Assembly (NCBI GenBank): GCA_963663165.1
Contig: OY760175.1
Span: forward strand, 3,680,001 to 3,744,000
Reading direction: 5' to 3'
DNA: 64,000 nt
From: an uncultured Desulfospira sp.
GTDB taxonomy: Bacteria > Desulfobacterota > Desulfobacteria > Desulfobacterales > Desulfobacteraceae
Positions 60,593-64,000 of the stretch are shown here, one piece after another (positions within the stretch are counted from its first letter, which is position 1; each line of letters opens with the position of its first letter). The notes below the pieces were generated by a model. That model was given only the letters and a program-made list of their open reading frames with translations. It ran no database searches and was not told where the DNA came from. The position numbers and the translations under genes are program-made.

Positions 60593-61985
60593 TGGTATCC
60601 CTGTAAGCCCGGCATGAAGCAACAAACCGGCGGGCGCAGCCCGGGTTGGAGCCAAAATGAACGTGCATATATGATCCCAGGGTCTGAGCGGTCTGGTACC
60701 CTTTCAAGGCAAGTTCCTGACCGGACCTGGACCTGACCTGATAGACATTTTTAGTGCAAACCGGTGTTTTTGTATCCTGGATGGCGGAATAGTGGAATTC
60801 ATGGCCCCGGATCACATCCCCTTTCCGGCCGATCAGGGTATCTTCCTGAAGCACAATTTCACGGTACCCCAGAGCCCTGAGCCGTTTGGACATCTGAATG
60901 GAAAAATCAAAGCAGCCGGCCATGGGAAAAACCATATCCCCGTCCATGACCTGGCGGCATAAAAACATAAACCCGCCGCACTCCCCGTATATGGGCAGGC
61001 CGGCCAGACTGAGATTTTTGATTTCGGCCAGCAGCTCTTTTTTTCTGGAAAGGATTCCGGCATGAACCTCGGGATATCCCCCGCCAAAATAGATACCGTC
61101 AATGCCCCGGGGCAGATGGTCCTGCCTTAAGGGGGAAAACTCAACGATCCGGGCGCCCTGCGCCTTGAGCTGATCAATGTTATCCTGATAATAAAAACAA
61201 AAGGCCTCGTCCCGGGCCAGGGCAATGAGGGGGCCGTCCCCGGAACCAGCGACCGATGCCGGCAAAGGGGGGGGCGCCTGATCCGAAACAGGTTCCGGTG
61301 ATACCGGTTTCAGGTCTTTGATAAACCGGTCCATGTCAAGATTTTCATCAACCATGGAGACCAGGGTGTCCAGCACTTTGGGAGAAATTTCCCGCTCATC
61401 AGCCGTGACCAGCCCCAAATGGCGCTCGGGCATGACAATTTCATCGTTCCGGGGCATGTGCCCCAAAACCCTTGTGGTGCAGTGCTGCTCTACGGCGGTT
61501 TTCAAATATTCGTAGTGAACCTTGCTGCCGGTCCGGCTGAAGATCACCCCGGCCAGCTCAAGGTCCGGATCAAAGGATTCAAACCCCTTGACCATGGCAG
61601 CGGCACTTCTGGCCATGCCCTTGGCATCCAGGATCAACACCACGGGAAGCCCCAGCCATTTGGCCATCTGGGCCGTTGACCCGGTCTCGGACACCCCGTC
61701 ATATCCGTCAAAAAGCCCCATCACCCCTTCTGCCAGGGCAATGTCCGCCCCTTTGGACCCCGTGTCAAACAGATACCGGTTATACGCCCTGGTCAGCATC
61801 CAGGAATCCAGATTCACACTGACCCGGCCGGCAATCTTAGTATGATGCCCCGGGTCAATAAAATCCGGCCCCACCTTAAACGGCGCAACTTTTATCCCCC
61901 GGGAATTTAACCAGGCCAGAAGGGCCATGGTAATGGTGGTTTTTCCCGATCCCGAACCCGTAGCGGCAACAACAAACCCTTTCAT
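60582..61985 (-). CDS. cbiA: Cobyrinate a,c-diamide synthase
   Basis: SGSGKTT, FKVGPDFIDP, EGVMGLFDG, ERHLGL, GECGG, GHEFHYS. Confidence 0.95.
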   Translation of the reverse strand: MKGFVVAATGSGSGKTTITMALLAWLNSRGIKVAPFKVGPDFIDPGHHTKIAGRVSVNLDSWMLTRAYNRYLFDTGSKGADIALAEGVMGLFDGYDGVSETGSTAQMAKWLGLPVVLILDAKGMARSAAAMVKGFESFDPDLELAGVIFSRTGSKVHYEYLKTAVEQHCTTRVLGHMPRNDEIVMPERHLGLVTADEREISPKVLDTLVSMVDENLDMDRFIKDLKPVSPEPVSDQAPPPLPASVAGSGDGPLIALARDEAFCFYYQDNIDQLKAQGARIVEFSPLRQDHLPRGIDGIYFGGGYPEVHAGILSRKKELLAEIKNLSLAGLPIYGECGGFMFLCRQVMDGDMVFPMAGCFDFSIQMSKRLRALGYREIVLQEDTLIGRKGDVIRGHEFHYSAIQDTKTPVCTKNVYQVRSRSGQELALKGYQTAQTLGSYMHVHFGSNPGCARRFVASCRAYRDTIGN

Positions 61986-61995
61986 CCTTCAGCCT

Positions 61996-62619
61996 TCATC
62001 CTTCATCCTTTCCAACCGCCATCATAGCCAACGCATTGACCACCGCCGCAGCCACATTAGAGCCCCCTTTCCGGCCTTTGTTGGTAATATAGGGGATATC
62101 CAGTTTCATGAGTTCATCTTTGGATTCAGCGGCATTGACAAACCCCACCGGAAACCCGATGACCAGAGCAGGGGAGGCTTTGCCTTCCCGGATCAGCTCA
62201 ATCAGGCGCAACAGGGCCGTGGGGGCATTTCCCACCACGTAAATCCCCTGGGACAGCTCTTGGGCTGCCGCATCCACGGCTGCCAGTGCCCGGGTGGTGC
62301 CGGCGGCTTTGGCCTTAGCGGCAATGTCGGGCTCGGCAATGAGGCACTGAACCTGTCCGCCGAACTGACTGATCTCTTTTTTCCGGATCCCCACCCGGGC
62401 CATGTTGGTATCCGTAAAAATCTGATTTCCCCCGCGGATGGCCGCTATCCCTTGTTCAACAGCATCCTTGTTAAACCGGATGGTGTTAATGTACTCAAAA
62501 TCCGCACTGGTATGGATAATCCGCCGGACGATGGGCCATTTTTCCCCGTCAAAGCCATGATCTGCCGCTTCCTGATCGATGATTTGAAAACTTAATGTTT
62601 CAATTTCCTGTGGTTTCAT
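61996..62619 (-). CDS. cbiC: Precorrin-8X/cobalt-precorrin-8 methylmutase
   Basis: RRIIHTSADF, GNAPTAL, PVGFVNAAESK, GRKGGS. Confidence 0.95.
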   Translation of the reverse strand: MKPQEIETLSFQIIDQEAADHGFDGEKWPIVRRIIHTSADFEYINTIRFNKDAVEQGIAAIRGGNQIFTDTNMARVGIRKKEISQFGGQVQCLIAEPDIAAKAKAAGTTRALAAVDAAAQELSQGIYVVGNAPTALLRLIELIREGKASPALVIGFPVGFVNAAESKDELMKLDIPYITNKGRKGGSNVAAAVVNALAMMAVGKDEG

Positions 62620-62892
62620 CAATATTCCTTTTTTTTAAAGGATATGGGATATGGGACATGGGGTTGCCTTGCGGCTTTTCCCGCATGTCCCAAGTCCCAT
62701 ATCCCATATCCCAACCCGGACTTATTCGTTGTGGCCGTTTCTGATCAAAATCCTGTCGGCCCGCCGCCGTTATTGATGTTGATATTTTTTAGCCAAACTA
62801 CCACCTTTAGGTTGTTTTTGGCAACTATCCTGCTAAAATACCGTTCAAATGCTGGTTTGGATAAAAACCTTTTTAAGGAGTAAATTTAGACA

Positions 62893-63732
62893 ATGGACTT
62901 TAAAAATTTTGGCGTAAATATAGAAAAAGTTATTGATACCATCACGGTATGGGCCACCACCTATTCGGTTAAAATTGTAGCGGCCCTTCTGGTTTTCATC
63001 ATTGGAAAATGGCTGGCCAGAAAAATTTCCATCCTGGTCAAAAAAATCCTGGAAAGAAACAAAGTGGATGTCACCCTGGTTAATTTTCTTGAGGGGATTA
63101 TCTACTATGCCCTTCTGATTCTGGTCCTGATTGCGGCCGCCGGACAGCTGGGCATTAACACCACCTCCTTTTTGACCATTGTGGGCGCTGCCGGCTTAGC
63201 CGTTGGCCTTGCTTTGAAAGATTCCCTTTCCAACTTTGCTTCCGGTGTGATGCTCATCCTTTTCCGGCCGTTCAAAGTAGGGGATTATGTCACCATCGCC
63301 GGCGTGAGCGGCACGGTTCAGCGCATTGATATTTTCAACACCATTTTGCATACTGTGGACAACCAGAAGCTCATCGTTCCCAATTCCGGCGTGACCGGTG
63401 ACATCATCACCAATGTAACGGCCAATAATACCCGGCGGATTGATCTGGTCATCGGTATCAGTTACAGCGACGACATTCCAAAGGCCAAACAGGTGCTGGA
63501 AGACATTATAAAATCGGAGGAACGGGTCCTGGAAATTCCCAAACCCACCATTGCCGTATCCGAACTGGCAGACTCCAGCGTAAACCTGGTGGTCAGGCCC
63601 TGGGTTAAAACCAGCGACTACTGGGATGTATATTTTGCCCTGACGGAAAAAATTAAATTGACATTTGATGAAAAAGGGGTCAGTTTTCCCTTTCCCCAGC
63701 AGGACGTTCACCTGTTCAAAGCCGAGTCCTAG
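62893..63732 (+). CDS. mscS: Small-conductance mechanosensitive channel
   Basis: GAAGLAVGLALKDSLSNFASG, FRPFKVGD, PFPQQDVHL. Confidence 0.93.
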   Translation: MDFKNFGVNIEKVIDTITVWATTYSVKIVAALLVFIIGKWLARKISILVKKILERNKVDVTLVNFLEGIIYYALLILVLIAAAGQLGINTTSFLTIVGAAGLAVGLALKDSLSNFASGVMLILFRPFKVGDYVTIAGVSGTVQRIDIFNTILHTVDNQKLIVPNSGVTGDIITNVTANNTRRIDLVIGISYSDDIPKAKQVLEDIIKSEERVLEIPKPTIAVSELADSSVNLVVRPWVKTSDYWDVYFALTEKIKLTFDEKGVSFPFPQQDVHLFKAES

Positions 63733-63838
63733 CCGAACCTGTTTGGATTTTTAAAGGTGCTATCAGCAAAGGCTTTCCGTCAATTGTGAGAGGCAGACTC
63801 TCAATGAAAAGCGGCAAGCCGCTAAAGGAGACTTTATT

Positions 63839-64000
63839 TTGGAAGACAAGAATATCATCCGCTTTGCCAGCCGCATGGACCAGCTGCCGCCTTATCTTTT
63901 CGGCATGATTAATAAAATGAAAATGGAAAAGCGGCGCAAAGGGGATGATGTCATCGACCTTGGCATGGGAAACCCCATGGACCCCACGCCGGACGCCGTA
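63839..64000 (+). CDS. Class I/II PLP aminotransferase (DapL/AlaC-like), 5' part only
   Basis: TTG start after [39 protein letters not shown]. Confidence 0.8.
   Translation, partial: MEDKNIIRFASRMDQLPPYLFGMINKMKMEKRRKGDDVIDLGMGNPMDPTPDAV

Noticed and set aside
62620..62890. Cobalamin riboswitch upstream of cbiC
   Set aside because: No B12-box or GGGAA/GCCCCCGC core recognised.

Overview
A 64-kb chromosomal segment of a sulfate-reducing deltaproteobacterium, most likely Desulfobacteraceae (Desulfobacter/Desulfobacula/Desulfospira group, judged from 16S signatures). It holds housekeeping genes (dapF, rnd, thrS, tex, sixA, cbiC-cbiA-cbiD, mscS), a TAXI-TRAP/D-amino-acid-oxidase catabolic cluster, a vapBC pair, a znuACB-type metal uptake operon, a Cpx-like two-component module, a large hybrid kinase, two very large surface proteins and one minus-strand rRNA operon with no spacer tRNA. 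Main observations: (1) the 23S gene carries two intervening sequences whose stems are built from 7-nt repeats. One encodes a four-helix-bundle (23S IVP/Avd-like) protein. The other is ORF-less, and half of it recurs (53/60 nt) inside an intergenic MITE 37 kb away. Other period-7 hairpins are scattered through the window, suggesting a dispersed heptamer-hairpin element system. (2) A DUF2946/CruR-like leader ORF with CxxC, many His and a terminal RAPP ribosome-arrest motif lies directly upstream of the Zn-type ABC operon. (3) Two composite MITEs, one with IS66-like ends and one with IS4-like ends, have perfect target-site duplications and share internal palindromic cassettes. (4) A ~10-kb surface-protein island (VPLPA-CTERM gene, GEMM-I-like riboswitch, 2819-aa mosaic protein) is bracketed by a duplication of the 5S rRNA 3' end plus terminator. 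All family calls come from reading motifs by eye, not from database searches.
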